Below, piece after piece: positions 63,020 through 64,000 of a stretch of 64,000 bases of DNA. The position numbers and the translations under genes are program-made. The notes under the pieces are model-generated. The model was not told the DNA's origin and did not search any database. It was given only the letters and a program-made list of their open reading frames with translations. This DNA is from Hemiscyllium ocellatum (lineage: Eukaryota): the NCBI RefSeq assembly GCF_020745735.1, contig NC_083412.1, positions 70,398,320 to 70,462,319 of the forward strand. Direction: 5' to 3'. Numbering within the stretch: position 1 is the stretch's first letter; every line of letters begins with the position of its first letter.

Positions 63020-64000
63020 GTATAAACGTCAATTTCTTCATTTGGTTCTGTAAGTTAGACTTCACTATGAAGTCTTCTTTTGCCTCTTTGGTTTATTCTG
63101 CCAAGCTTTCCTGGTGAAGGCACTGAATGATTATAGAATCCTTTTTTTTAATGCTGTTAAGGTGTCAATTGTTCACTAATTGAGTTTTATGTAATATTCG
63201 TTTTAGAGGGCTGTGAAGACAAATTTTTGAGGCAATCATCAATTTAAAAAAAAAATAAATGTAACCAGTTTACACTTTTTCCAAGTATAATTTATCTATG
63301 ATTGGCAAAACTAGTGTAAAATATTCAAGAAGTTTGAACACAAGGTGCATCTGGTACCAATTTAAGTTTGTGATCTTTTATGCTGATATTTTGCTTAAAT
63401 AAAAATAATTTTGTTGGAAGCCAACTTTGATCATTAAAATTGGTCACACTGCCAGACTAATCAAGTGAGTGTTTGCTAATTAGGTCCATTTGTAGCACTT
63501 CCAAGAAGGTTCTTAGAATTGAGCTGTTTTGATTTCGGATACAAAAACACCGGGCACTGTTTAAAATTTTTCGGCTGATTACTGTGTACATTAATGATTT
63601 CCACGAATGATTCTTTATTTTTTAAAAACATTTTCAATTACAGGGAATACACTGTTTCACCTTTTGAGTTGTTTCACAATAAATTATTTCTTTATTATGT
63701 CAGTTCACCACCTTTTAATAAAGTCAAATTTCTTAGAGCTGTACAGCATGAAAACAGATCATGCTGACCAGGTATCCGAAATAAACCAAGCCCCATATCA
63801 CTCACAACTACAGGTACAATTGCAAATACTGAGATGGCACTGGTGGACCCTCCTCTATGCTCTCAAATCTCCCCTCACCAAGACGTTGCAATGATTTTCA
63901 AGCCTTGGAATGGATTCTCAGTGGGAAAGGGTTTGTGAAGCATTACCCTAGAATCGGGAATTTCCTCCCTGGGCATCTCTACCTCACTCTCCCTGCCTCC

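Noticed and set aside
1-64000. CRISPR arrays, operons, prophage or rRNA genes
   Set aside because: No regularly spaced repeats or dense ORFs; the sequence is intron-containing vertebrate DNA.

Overview
Eukaryotic genomic DNA, almost certainly from a cartilaginous fish (shark), judged by the dense HE1-type tRNA-derived SINEs and CR1/HER1-type LINEs. The window holds part of a conserved vertebrate gene block. On the - strand: PCNP (coding exons 1-4; the last exon is not seen in the window), TRMT10C (single coding exon) and an intact, intronless FAM172B/ARB2-domain gene. On the + strand: TXNL4B (3 coding exons, head-to-head with TRMT10C) and the first exons of a gene that synteny suggests is SENP7. 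The rest is mostly nested transposon debris: CR1 and older LINEs, an L1-clade LINE, a Tigger/pogo DNA transposon, a decayed Gypsy LTR element and a Penelope-like element (PLE). The most notable observations are: (1) a family of short, target-site-duplication (TSD)-flanked fold-back elements derived from the PLE terminus that carry minimal hammerhead ribozyme motifs, including one near-perfect 194-bp palindrome with a hammerhead motif on each strand; (2) a candidate poison exon in PCNP intron 1 that would be sterically exclusive with exon 2; (3) the intact FAM172B gene with Gly at the hydrolase-elbow Ser position. Gene and repeat identities come from recalled protein and repeat features, not from database searches.
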